Below, in pieces: positions 26,704 through 39,930 of a stretch of 64,000 bases of DNA (position 1 is its first letter; each line of letters begins with the position of its first letter). Where the stretch lies: NCBI GenBank assembly GCA_043228905.1, contig JBHGNT010000011.1, forward strand, positions 8,618,001 through 8,682,000. Reading direction: 5' to 3'. This stretch comes from Azolla caroliniana (taxonomy: Eukaryota; Plantae; Polypodiophyta). The notes below the pieces were generated by a model. It worked only from the letters and a program-made list of their open reading frames with translations. It was not told where the DNA came from and ran no database searches. The translations under genes were made by a program, and so were the position numbers.

Positions 26704-29262
26704 TATTAGGAATTCGGTCCCTCCGGATGGGATCTAGATGAGAACCAAATGAGCCGGATTGGACGAGTCGGATGAAGGAACCGGATCGGATGAGACCTGG
26801 AAACCAGATCAAGTGAATCCGGATGGATCTAATGCAATCCAGATCGAACGATGTATGTGTAAATATGTTTCATGGTTGGCTTGTTGAGGTCATATTTGTA
26901 AATTACCCAAAAGTCATAGAAGTATAAATATGACTTAGGGCAATCACTTTTAGAGTGTTGTTGGTTTGTTAGATGTTGTATATTGTTGTATACAAAGAGA
27001 GAGAGAGAGGGAGAGATACAGAACTAGTTTTCTGTTGTAACCGCCGGTTTGGCGAAGACATAGAGCTCGAGGTCGTTGCCTCTGAGTCTCACATTGTATT
27101 CCTCCTCTCATAGTGAAAGTTGGAGTCTAAGGGCTCACGTGGTTTTTCCCATTTAGGGTTTTCCACATTAACATTTTGTGCCATCTCTGTTTTAGTTTGT
27201 TCTCTTCTATTCCTTGTTGAAGACTCGGTTGTGGCTGAGCGTTATTTCCGCACAAACTGGTATCAGAGAAAACAAAGGAAATGGAAGAATCATTCGGTGG
27301 CATGTTCAAGCTCACCGGCTCCAACTACCTAGTGTGGAAGTTGAAGATGAGGGACATGCTCCTGGTCAAAGATGTCTAGCTGTCGATACAGTTTGGGGAT
27401 AAGAAATTGGAGAATAAAAACCCCATAAATCGGGTTTCGGTATTTTGGAAGTTAGTGAGACTCCGGTACCAGGGCGGATCCACCATGGCGGACCACATGA
27501 ATGCATTTGAGGGGCTCATAAACCAAACAACTTTGCTTGAAGTACCTCTAGCCAACAAGGTGCTTGCATTGCTCCTACTCGGTTCCCTCCCGGATAGTTG
27601 GGAGACGCTAGTTGTCACTTTGGGCAATGCCAGGCCAAACAGAAAGCAGTTGTCCCTAGCAAGGGTAAAATCAAGCTTGCTAGATGAAGAAGCTCGCCGA
27701 AAGGATCGGGAATACGGAACCGATCCGAAGGCCTTGGTCACAAAAGATGACCATGACTGGGGAAGAAATCGGTACCGGAGTCCCCAGAACTGGGAAAAGT
27801 CTGGGACAAGGTCGATGTCAAGGGGGAGGCCCACTTGCTTCTATTGTGGGAAGCCAGGACACTTCCAGAAAAACTGTCGGCATTTCCGGAAATAGAAAGG
27901 AACCGACAGTGCCGATTCAAAGAAGGGTTCAGACTGGAACGGTTCGGACCGGAAAGGCTCAGATTGGAAGGGAATGTCGGCAATCGCGACAAGTGAAGAA
28001 GAACTGATGCTCATTATTGAGGAGAATGAGGTAGACCTTGTCGACGATGAGACAACGTGGATTGTCGATTCCGGAGCATCGTTCCATCTAACACCGGACC
28101 AGAAATGCTTCTCATCCAACACAGCCGGAGATCACGGCTGTGTCCAGATGGGGAATGAAGGTACTTGCCGAATAGTCGGCATAGAACATGTGTGGTTGAC
28201 GACATCAACCAGGTGCAAGTTGTTGCTGAAGGATGTCCGACACATTCCGGAGGTTCGGTTGAACCTGATATCAGTCGGTCGGCTAGATGATGAAGGCTAC
28301 ATGAGTAGCATTCGGAACGGAGTCATGAAATTCAGCAAAGGAAGCCTGATTGTGGCTCGAGCCCGGAAGATCAACATGTTGTACCTGATGCAGGCTCGGA
28401 TATGTCGGGAAGAAGTGAACGTAGCATCTGACACTGCCGGTGAGCTGTGGCACACGAGACTATGTCATATGAGCCAAAAGGGGATGAGAAGACACACCGA
28501 AGACAACCTCATTCTGGAGGTGAAAGACGTGCATTTTGAGACGTGCACCGATTCCTTGGCCAGCAAGCAAAACCGAACCTCCTTCCGGTCAAGACCACCG
28601 ATGAGACGGGATGGACCACTGGAACTGGTGCATACCGATGTGCGTCAAGTGGACAGGAAGGCACATGCCGGATCATAGTACTTCGTGACATTCATAGACG
28701 AACACAACAGGAAGTTGTGGGTCTCATCGTTGAAGACGAAGGATCAGGTGTTGTCCGTCTTCAAGGAGCTCCACGCGAGAGTGGAAAGAGAAACCAGCCG
28801 GAAGTTGAAGGCAGTTCGAGCAGATAATGGAGGAGAATATCAGGGGTAGTTCGAGGAGTATTGTCAGTCGAAGGGAATCCGGCTCGAATTAACTGTGCCG
28901 AAGATGCCGGAATTCACCGTGCCGAAGGTGCTTCAAAGGTTCAACTTGTCAGAGGCGAAACCGGTCGGATCGACACTTCCGGCAAATTGAATGTTGTTCG
29001 GAAAGTAGAGCCTGAAGAAAAAGGCAAAGAAGTCGGATATGATGAAGATACCATATGCCTCTATCATCGAAAGCTTAATGTACACAATGGTGTGCACCCG
29101 ACCGGATATTGCATATGCTGTCGGAGTAGTCATCCGATTCATGAGCAATCCGGGAAGAGAGCATTCTATGTCATCGTTGTTTTAGTTTGTTCTCTTCTAT
29201 TCCTTGTTGAAGACTCAGTTGTGGCCGAGCATTATTTCTACACAAACTGTTATTTCCGCACT
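26704..29262 (+). mobile_element. Internally deleted copia E (D/K family) nested in B
   Basis: TSD CTTTC at 26699-26703 and 29263-29267; 5' LTR 26704-27254; PBS TGGTATCAGAG 27258-27268; 3' LTR remnant about 29162-29262. Confidence 0.88.
27281..29160 (+). pseudogene. pol: E gag-PR-INT with most of RT/RH deleted
   Basis: Highly similar to D protein; jumps from INT TVPKMPE to RT-end KVLQRFN at about 28915. Confidence 0.88.
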
Positions 29263-32225
29263 CTTTCGACCCTTCTTCAGCAACCCGTAGAGCGGCTCGG
29301 CAAGGCGCACGTAGTGTGGGGTCCAAATGAGGTAGAAAGCACACACTCCCAGGAATCGCCGGACTTTTGTGACCAACATACATTCCTCCTTCATCGCGGA
29401 GATGGCCTCTACCTTCGCTGAAGACGGTTTACGGCCGTATGGTCTGCACAGGTGCCCAACTACTAGGATCTCGGATTGTCCGAATTCTGATTTCTCCATA
29501 AAGAAGGTAAGCCGAGCGCCCTCAAGCCTCTGCAGTATCTTCTCTCAATCGGAGATGTGATCCGCGACAAACCTCTGGCATCCGTCCGGCCCGATCGATT
29601 CATCCTTCACTTCCTCCAGACATCCCTTGATCGGGATGTCATCCAAGAAAGGCATGGTGATGTCCAGGATGCAGTCCCGCAAAACCTTGTTCATTGCATT
29701 CACCATGTGCACCACTGAGTTGGTCCCTCCTTGCGGCAGGATACACATCCGAACTAGACCAACAGGGGTTCCCATCGTCGTGATCTACCTACTCTCCACG
29801 ACTAACTGGAATTGGTCATATCTGGAGTACAAGTCGCCGATTGAGTAGATCAACCTCCCTAAGAAGGCCTCCTCAAACTCATCAATTTTGAGCTCGATCC
29901 TTGTGTTTCGAATGGTCACCTTGTTGACCACCTGCAGGTCTTGAATGAAGCGCAACATGCCATTCTTCTTCGGCATTGTAAACCACCGATTCGAGTATGG
30001 GGCGCTTGACGGCTCGAGGATCCCGATCTTGATCTTCTGTTTGAGCAGCTCCGTCAGCTCTCGGCACTGGAACCGGCTTGAGATTCCATGGTACGTACGG
30101 TACCGTGAAGATCACCATTGGCTCCATGATCCTTGGGTCTATGCATCCGATCTCCCCCGACGAGAGTGCGAAGGCTTTCTCGTGCCTTTCGAGCATCCTT
30201 TGAAACCGGTCTTCCTCCGCGGCAGTAGGAAGCCACCCCCACTGATCTTGAGCTCTCGTAGCGTCTCATCGGTGAAATGGTGTCCTATGCTAGCCGGATT
30301 TCGTAAACTTGGGTCGGCCGCGACCTCTTTCATCCGCTGCCAGTTGTCCTCGAGCAAGGGAGCTGCGACTGGCCTCACCTTCTAGTCCACAGTCTTGTAT
30401 TTCATGCATACTAGGGCCATTTGATCCGACCCGACCATCCTTTCAAAGTCCGTGGTGACTTCGTACATTTTGACTGATCCAACCGGAATTATCCGGTCTT
30501 CTCATAGGTCCTCTTTGGCCAACCTCTCAATCTCCCCGAGAGTGTTGTCAAATGAGACCACCTCCACAGTGCCACTGATTTGATCATCAGAGCCTAAGGC
30601 GCCGTAGGCCTTCAAGTGTCCTTCGACGTGCTTCTTTTCCCGGCCATCAATGCCAGTTATGGTACAACCTCCATTAGCGGAGGGCCAAAATTTCCTACTT
30701 ATGGTACAGGTGCGGGGTTTCCTCCGGTCATCCGGACTACCGTGGCCCCACACCTTGATATTCCTTTCTAAATATCCTCTCGGCCTTCGCGGTCAAGAGA
30801 GTCCTGATTCCGCTCATGGTTTGGCCAAACTGTCAAGACTAGACGGAGTGTTGGCCGTCCTGAGTCTTGACCCTAGCATAGGCTAAACCGTTGTCCAACA
30901 CCTTCATTTCCATCTGAGTTGTGGTAATGTATGGTTCGTTGAGGATGAACGGATGGGAGGATGTCTCTTGCACGAAGAAGTGCTAGTCGATCTCGACATC
31001 CCCCACCTTTACTCGAACATTCTAGCATGCACCATGAAGCTCATCGGTAGCGCGGGTCGTAAATCGTATCTTCAACCCATGCTTTGTGTTTATCAGCCAT
31101 TTGCCCTTCTTGTAGAAGTCCATGGACATTAAGCTAATCTCCGACCCGTGGTCGATTAGTGCCACCACCAGCTCTCTCACGTCCTTGATTCAGACAGGGG
31201 TTTTTGTCATCGCTCTGGCCTAGTGCGGGTTGATATAGTGGCACTTCGGGAACTCCTCTTCCATGTTCCCACCTCTTCGATGTGGACTGCCTTTACTTCG
31301 ACTGACTTATCTAGCTCTAGCTCTGGCTTTGGCTCTTCCTCTTTACCAGGTCCATGATAGAATCGCGGAACTCCTTCTTTGCTATCCCTAGCACTTCCCG
31401 CAACGTGAGCTCCACGCGACTGTCGAGGATCCGCTCCTCCAAGACCTTTTGTAGGTCCGCCGCCCTTTCAATCTCCGAGCTCAACCCGAAGCCCGACAAC
31501 TTCGTCCTCTCCTATGGGTCGATCGGGCCCCAATCATTTCTCTTTGGACCGCTTCGCGTCTCGTATCAATTTGAAGGTCCGACCCCTCCGGATTTTTCGG
31601 CCCACTTGTCTTCAACCAGAACCTCATAGTTTTGGCACACGGCCTCCACAAAGCCGGTTTTCTCTTCTACCGGATCACTCCACTTGGTGCCCTCTTGGGC
31701 CTGTCTCTCTGCGCGGTCCACCTCGTACTTCCTTAGCCTCACTCCCGAGAGACCTTCCACTAAGAGCGGCCAAAATCCCGTACTGCTTTCGGATGCTGCA
31801 CTCTTCTCTCCACCTACCCGGATCCCTACCGACACCAAATAGTGCCGACACTGAATATTGGATGGCCTCGACATTCTGGGGCTCGGATTCCTGCATTATC
31901 CTCTTCATGCCGCCGAATTCGGTGTTCACTTCAAGGGGCCTTCGCGTATCACACGCATGTACCCGCTCATTCCAGAGGTAAACGACATTGTTCTTGAGTG
32001 CTTCCGCGAGATCGGCTCACTCCCTTCGGATGTGGCCGACGACATCACACCACATGCATCGTTGGTCTACTAGAGGCCTCCGGTCACCCAACTGTCCCCC
32101 ATCATCTCTCCAAGCTTAGCTCCTCTAGTGTTGCGCCCCCGTATGGGTCCTTGACCACATCGGTCGGAACTGTGCCCGACTCGAGCCACCTTCGTGTCTC
32201 TTCTGTTTGCACCGGAATCGGTCCT
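29263..32225 (-). pseudogene. pol: B RT, protease and gag C-terminus
   Basis: GDLYSRYDQ, LPQGGTNS, FLDDIPIKG, LIDHGSEI, LTLREVLGIAKKEF. Confidence 0.88.
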
Positions 32226-32652
32226 TGTTACCAGTTAGGAACACAATCCACCCTCAGTCCTTCGGAGTAGCTTACAAGGTGATCGTGGTGCAAGGGAATA
32301 GGGATGCGTTGTGCGTGATTTGTAAGGCATAAGGGGGGGATGGCTACAACTTAACGTCCATAGGAGCGTTGTTACCCAACGTGTACTTACCTTGTGTTTA
32401 ATGCAACATAGTCTTGTACAGAGAACGAGAAATAGAAACAAGACACCAATAGACAGAATACCAAGATCAGAGAAGATCAAACTATATTAAAACGACGCTC
32501 TTTACAATGGTCTCTCGCCCCTTTTATACACAGGGCTTCTAATTGGTTACACTCCCTATGTAAAACTGTTACACACGTTACTTTAATACTGCTAATATAA
32601 TACTCAATTTTCCATGCGTTATGTCTGGTGGTTACAATTCTGGCAGACAACA
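32226..32652 (-). repeat. 3' LTR of F
   Basis: TGTTACC...GACAACA, matches 53665-53822 plus 54670-54958. Confidence 0.88.
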
Positions 32653-32928
32653 CCAGTGCCATGGCACGTCGAACCCATCTGCTTCTTATTCATCGCCCAA
32701 AATGTTGAGGATGTTCAATTCCGTTTGTTCGTCCTGCACCGGAGGCGGCGTGATGTCTGTAGGTGCTTCGTTGGTACGCTCGGCCGGTGCGTCGATTTCT
32801 GTGTTGTCCTCTTCACGTAGTGTGGTCAGGGCTGGTTCAGGTGGTACGTTGTCTGGGACTTGCCTCTGTGAGTCCGGTGATGGCTCTTTTTGGCATAGGC
32901 CGTCGTTGGGTCATTGCTCTTCTGTGCC

Positions 32929-34821
32929 TCAGTCCTCCGAGGGATATCTCGGCACTGTTGTTACCTCAAGTCCGTCACTTGGGTTAGGCTTGGGCTCATT
33001 TTGTTCGGCGGAGTCGCTGTCTAGTACGGTTATTGCTTCCTCCCTTTTCAATTCCTCCGCCCTCTGGCTCTTGTTGCCAAGCTCCATTAGCTGGTGGAAG
33101 ATGTCTTCTTCACTTTCCCCGAAATCTTCTAGCAGCTGCGTGAGTTCTTCGGAGTGCTGGTAAGCTAGCATTTGATAATGCTACGCGAGGTCCTCTCTTA
33201 CCGCCGCAATGCTTTCCTCATTTAGCTTGTAGAAGCCTCTTCCCTCTTTGCGGCAGTTCTCCTAGTCTGCCCGGTAGGTGTGCAATTCTACTACTTGCGT
33301 AGCCCACACCGCCCATCCTTTGTCCAACGTTGCTTTCGACTGCGTTGTAAACCACTCATGATTTGTTTGAAGGAGGATGTGTACATTGTCCGTTAGCATT
33401 TGGGAATGGGCTTGCGCTTCGTCCAGGGCCTTCTTGAGGTTTTCGATTTTACGCTTATTGGTCATCGTCGCTTCCTCATAGCAGCTCTGTATCTTTGCCC
33501 ATATCTGGGACTCCTTTAAGTGTAGTTCTTCGAACCGGCCCATTTCATTGTTCAGGCAAATTTCTACCTGATGCGTCTATTTACATTCATGCACAATATG
33601 TTCATCATACCACGCTTTGTTCCTTTCTAATAACTCTCGAAGCCCCGTAATGACGACCACTGTCTTCTTTGCTTCCTCCTGTAGCTTTCTCTTTTCTGCT
33701 TTTGTGCTGGTATGTGATGCTCTCTCTGCTTTGAGCTTATCCTCAAGTGCTTTGGCTGCCCTTCGTCCTTTGGCCCTGATATCTGCTTCTCTGTTTGAGG
33801 ATTGATAGAGTTTTGCGTGGAGTTGGTCAATCTCGGTCTCGACTAACTGAGTAGCCTTTTTCGCTTTTGCGGCTATGGCGGTTTGAGCTTCAACCTCCTC
33901 CTGTAAAGTCGCTTTTCTGTCTAAGGACTAGCGGAGATCTATGTGGAGTCGGTCAATCTTGGTCTCGGCTAGCTGCATAGCCTTTTTCTTTTTTGTGGCT
34001 ATGGCGGTTTGAGCTTCAACCTCCTCCCGTAAAGTCTTCAACTTGCTATCATTGGGGGTAGGTCCGGGGATATGTTGCGCCATAGTCGTGTTGCTTTCTA
34101 ATTGCGCAATGTGCTCTTGTGCCTTCTGTAGTTGGTCTTTAGTTAGCTTGACTGTATTCCAAACATTTTTTTTTTTAATAGCCATATCCTTGGCGCCCAC
34201 ATAGACTTTCGCCAATTCTCTATGCACCTCGACTAGGGACACATTTAATGGAGGTAATTCGATGCCCATACAGAGAATTCCTGTGTTACGCTCCTTGCCT
34301 AACTTGGCAAAGGGTCCCTCATCTTCGCTTTCTGCTGTTCTTGTCAGCGCATGCTCAATCATCTGTTGTTTAGCGTGCTCCTCGGCCATTCGCTGGGACT
34401 CCTTGATGTGCTGTGTCGCCAAGAATTCCATGAGTTCATATGTCGTTCCAAATTGCAATAGTGTGTTGAACTCATGGGCCGTATCCGGAATGTTCGGATA
34501 TTTTAGGTCTTCGCTTTCTACTATGAGCACTCCTTTGCCATGTTGAGACTGAGCCATAATGATTGCCTGTGGCTCACGGACTATCTCTAAAGTAGCTGTG
34601 GGCTCCAGTTCGTCGGATGGAGGAATTTCGAAGTGCCTCTCGCCCATTGCAGACAAACATAACTTCTTCCGGATACTAGCATTTGTCACCGTGTCGATGT
34701 TGAGCTTCTTGGCGATGTCTTGGGCATTGGGGTACGATGGCGCTTCTGCTACTCGGATGTACCCCTCAAAACCCTTTTCCAGGAGCCATCTGCGCAAAGT
34801 TGGAGAGATGGTAATCGACAT
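32929..34821 (-). pseudogene. Extra ORF of F: about 630-codon coiled-coil-rich protein of unknown function
   Basis: ORFs 33928-34821, 33262-33543 and 32929-33171 are in one frame, separated by single TAG stops. Confidence 0.7.
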
Positions 34822-35189
34822 CGTGGGTGGACAGAGTTCGTGCAGAGAGTGATGAACGGGTGCAGCACGTGAGCTGCAGTGTGCGTGGTCCCTGTGGTAG
34901 GTAGGAGAGTGAGGAGAGCGAGGAGCACAAGCAGAGCTAGGAGAGCAGAAGGCTGGAGGCTATTTTCTGTAATGTGCAGAAAACCTTATGTTTCCTTCTT
35001 TTTGTGCCTTAGGGTTCATAGGTCTGTGAGACATCGTGGTGATGCGTGTTCTTGGTTTTGGGACTTCTGCATGCATAAAGTCCTTTTAATAGTCATGAAT
35101 ATCTTCTGTCTTTTTTCTTCTTCTTTTTTCAACGGTAAAGTACAACACTACTGTTACATTTTGTTACTAGTGGGTCCCGGCTACTGGTT

Positions 35190-38100
35190 AGTATGGGATC
35201 CATCTGTCGTGTTCGTTATGGCGTGAAACGGGTTTGGGGGTATAGATCCCAGGTAAGGCTTTAATCGGAATCCGTTCACTTTTTGGCGTAATACTTCTCC
35301 GGTGAGGGTACCTAATTGAAAGGTCCCATTTTTCCGCCCTAATTATCCAGTATGGCCCTGTCCAACGGAATCGTAACTTTCTTGGCATTGGCCCCATGCG
35401 TGTTTGAAAGACCAGTACAACTTTCCCAACCTTGAAGTCTTTCTCTTGTGTGCCCCGATGTCGATCTACGAATGGCCTCAAACCCAAACACTAACCGGAA
35501 AGGCGTGGACTATATACTCATTTTGTAACTCGTTCGGTATGCCCACAAAGCGTTGTGGAGCTTTGTGTCCCAGTTTGTTCTATTCTCATTCACTATCTTT
35601 TTCAGGATAGTCTGTAGCGTCTTGTTCGTGGATTCTGCTAACCCATTTGCCTGTGGGTAATTTGGCATACTCTTCTTGTGTACGTCGGCGTAATGGTGCG
35701 TGAGTTCGTGGATGACTGAATTCAAGAAATGGATTCCTTGGTTGCTTATGAGCTCTATTGGGCAACCAAAATGGCACCATATGTGTTCATAAAGGAATCT
35801 TGTCGTGGACGTTGCAGTATTGTCTCATAACGGTTTGGCTTTTACCCACTTTGTGCAGTAGTCTATGGCCACGAGAATGTATTTGTTGCTTGTCTGTGCT
35901 GTTGCCGGCGTAAAGGGACGTACAAAATTGAGGCCCCATTTTTGGAACGGGTCAAGCAGGAGTACTGGTTGGTGAGGCATTCTTGCGAGCTCCGTAGGTT
36001 GCCCCAAGCGTTGACACAGATCACATTGTTTACAGTATTGATACGTGTCCTTTTGCATAGTTGGCCATCAGAGACCCACTTGCCATAGTTTTCTAGCCGT
36101 GACATCACCTACGTAATGTCCTCCGGCCGTACCACAATGAGCTTTGCGTAGTACGGCTTCCTTCTCATCTTGTTGTATTCCATGCCGCCAAATTCCATCG
36201 CTACCTTTATGGTAGAGTACGCCTTTGACCAAACAAAAGTTATGACTCCAGATAACCAATCGTTTCTTTTCGTCCGTCCGTAGCTGTGGTGGTGGCAGAC
36301 CCGTGGTCAAAAAGTAAGTCATCTCCATTAGCCAACGATCCGGAAAATTCTTTTCTTCTCATGACGTCGTGGTCGCAACCCGCAAAATATCAGCGTCGGG
36401 AAAGTCATCATCTTGTCGCAACGCGTTATCATTGTTATCTACTCTACTTAAGAAATCCGCTACGGCATGCTACGTACCCGACTGATGTTGATTCACGAAG
36501 TCGAACTTTTGGAGCAACAGCATCCATCTGGTCAACTTCCTTGTCAACGTCTACTTCTCAACCAGGTAGAGTAATGCCACGTGGTCTACGTGAAATGTAA
36601 ATTTCTGCCCGAGTAGATAATGCTAGAATTTGTTGATGTTGTAGATCATACCCAAGGCCTCACACTAGGTCGTGGAGTAGTTTTGTTAGGCACCTGATAA
36701 CTTACGATTCGCATAATAAACAAATCGGTACCAAATAGGCTCTGTGAGCTGCATCAATGTGTTGCCTATTGCGATATCTAAGGCATCTACAAATACGTGA
36801 AAAGGTTTCGTCCAATCTAGTGGTTGTACGACTAGTGCTTGGGTTAGCATTATCTTTAGTGCCTCGTACGCTTTGTCTTCTACTGTCGTCCACGTGAAAG
36901 GAGTACGATGTACGATGGAGTGTAATGAAGTCGCAAAATCCGCCAAGTGTCGTAACATACGGTTGTGCCAGCGTATTTGCCCTAAGAAGTGGCTATGGGC
37001 TTTGGCATTAGTCGGGGTCTTCGCTTCAATGATCGCAGTGATTTTGTTAGGGTCTACTTCTATCCCCTCCTTGCTTACTATATGTCCGAGCAGTGCTCTG
37101 CTGGTGACACCAAATGCACATTTCGCCATATTAAGACTGAGGCGTGACGTACGACAACGCTCCAAACAGTCGTAGATGACCCAAATGTTCACCTCGCATT
37201 CCATACACCGCAAAGTTGTCGAGAAAAACTTGCATAAATGCAGGTATATATTCTCCAAAAATCTTCGTAATGGTTCGCTGGAAAGTGGCAGGAGCCGTTT
37301 TCAAACCAAACATGATTACTACGGCGAGGAACACGCTCCAATCCGTGACGAACGCGGTCTTTTCTTGGTCGTCAGGGTGCATGCGTACTTGATTGTATCC
37401 ACTGAAGCCATCCAAAAAACTATACATGTCATGGCATGCGACGACGTCTAGTGTGCTATCTGTAAAAGGTAAGGGAAACACATTCGTAATTGTTACGATG
37501 TTTAGCTTATGATAATCCACGCAGACGCGTATTTTCCCATTTTTCTTCAGCACCACGACTACTAGACTCAACCACGTGGCATGTTTTACTGGCCGATTGA
37601 ACCCTGCTTTCAACAGTTTGTCAATTTCTTCTTTCACGCGAGCTGCGTAATTTGAGTTCATTCGATAGCGTCGTTGCTGCACAGGTTTTGCGTTGGTGGA
37701 CAAGTTGATCTTATGCTGATAAAATTTCGGATCCAACCCTTTCACGTCCTCGTGTGACCATGCGAAAACATCCTTCTATTCCCGGAGCAGTTCTGTCATC
37801 GCCGTCTTCTCACCTGAGATCAGGTTCCTAGCAATTGAGAGTAGCCTTGGCACCGCCGTAGTTTCGATGTTGACTTCGTCTAATGCAGACGCGGTGACTC
37901 GACGCGAGATTTCCATTTGTTTTTTTGAATGCTTCTCATGCCCTACTTAACTCCATTATTGACACAGGATCAGGCTCGTACTCCACTAGTTTGGGCGTAT
38001 TGGTTGTGGCGTACTCCGCATCGGTTTCCATTACGTCAATTTTGAATAATGGCACGATCCGCAGGTTTTCATCGAGGTATGCCTCAAGCTCATTATCATC

Positions 38101-39433
38101 CAATCCTTCCAACATATTAATATCTTCGGCGTATAATGGCGTTATGCCCTTGGTTGGGGCCGCCGTTTCCTGCGTAGGTACACAGACTTTGTTGCAGCCT
38201 CGTCGAAAGCTGATACAGTTATGCTACCAATTCTGCTTGATGTTGGCAGAGCGTAACCATGGTCTGCCCAACAAAATTGGATACGCTCCCGAAGCATCTA
38301 ATGCGAGCACTACCGCAGAGATTTCAATGTGATGGCCTCCGACGACAATTCCTAATTTCCGAATTAACCCAAGGGGCTCGATAGAATGGGTGTCTGCCAT
38401 ACGGAGCTAGAAAGGGCATGCTTCCCAATCTATAATGCCCAATCAAGTACACGTGCTTGTACTAATGACATTTATGTTGGACCCCCCATCGATGATGCAT
38501 CCCGATATTTCTTGACCCTTCAGTACCAATTTAATGGCTGGATTGTGGTGATCTACTACTGTTGGGTTGGTACTAGACTCCGCGAAATTGGTCGAGACAT
38601 CTAATCCGGCTGTGCCTCGTATACGATTCTCTACCACCTGTTGGAACCGTGGAACCAAGTGGAGGAGCTTATCCATGGTGATCGTTATTGTCCGTCTGCA
38701 AGTTGGCATTTGCTGATTCTTGTTTCATACGCTCCGCGTTCGCCGCTTTTGCTTTTTCTACATAGACCTAGGCTACTTTGCATATCTCATGTTGTTCTGC
38801 CCATTCTGTGTTTTGCGCCTGTTGCCGCGTTGTGACCTGCTACACTTTTGTCATGATTTTATTTATGGTTGGTTCCTTACCTTTGCGACATGGACACTGC
38901 GTCGCGTAATGACCGGCTACTAGCACACGAAACAATGTACGCTTGACTCGCCTCTCTCTACAACCGGTGGTGTATTGGTTTCTACTAGTACGGCTTGCTC
39001 TTCCTGGGTTTGCTAAATTCGCCTGTTATTTCAGGGTTGTTGACGATATTCTCGACGCAACTGTAGGTGTTGTTCATCTTTTGAACTCTCCTCATAACGA
39101 CGTTGGTCCCTAGGCTGACGATTGTTACCATTTAGATGAGGTTCGTTGAATCCTCCACGATTGCTGGTAGGTTGTCGATTGTCTTAGTGTGGTTCACAGC
39201 ATCGGTTTCTTCGTTGAAGCGGGGGTATGAAAAAGCGATTCCGGTCACGATGGTGATGGTCGGCAAAGGAAGGTTACTGTCAGCACGGTGTGCGCTACTG
39301 TGGTGTTTCTTCGCATTACTTTGGTCGTGTGGAGATAAGACTTTGTGATTGAGGCCGCTCTGTTCTGTGAGCATGGAGACTACCGTGTACGCCTGAAAAG
39401 AGGAGTTGTGGTCGTTGAGGCGAGGTTTCCGCG
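35190..39433 (-). pseudogene. pol: F gag(part)-PR-RT-RH-INT
   Basis: PR IIDGGS, RT KNGKIRVCVDY and SFLDGFSGYNQ, RH HVFVDA, INT CDLCQR, YPQANGLAE, WTGPY. Confidence 0.9.
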
Positions 39434-39860
39434 TGTCATGATATGGTAAGACTCGAACCCATAACCTTATGTTATATGGGTTCGAGCTCTTGACCATTAC
39501 ATTATCTATTGTAATACGTAGGTTATTATTTTCATTTAAGTTTTACTATAGAAAATTATTGTATATTCTAGATTTCTTTGGAACATTCTAGAAGCTTCAG
39601 GACTACTCCTGAGAACACTATAAAAAGAGGCACAAGGCATTATTTCGAACCAAATTGGTTCAACGCCAGTCTTAAGCCTGATAGCTATTTGTACTTACTC
39701 TTCACATAATATATCATCTGTTATCATCATCCTCTCTCTCTCTCTCTCTCGCCTTCGCTATCTCTCTCTCGTGAGTCTTACGTAGTTCGTCCTCTTAGTA
39801 CTAATAGTACTTTCCTTCTCTAGTACTAATTATCTCTCTGTTTTAGTACTATTCGTGACA
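39434..39860 (+). repeat. 5' LTR of G
   Basis: TGTCATGA...CGTGACA; TATAAAAA at 39619. Confidence 0.92.
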
Positions 39861-39930
39861 GTTTGAACCAATTTTTCTCTCAGGTCTTCTTTTTGGTTTC
39901 CCTCATCCTCTTACCCCTTTTTCCAATACT

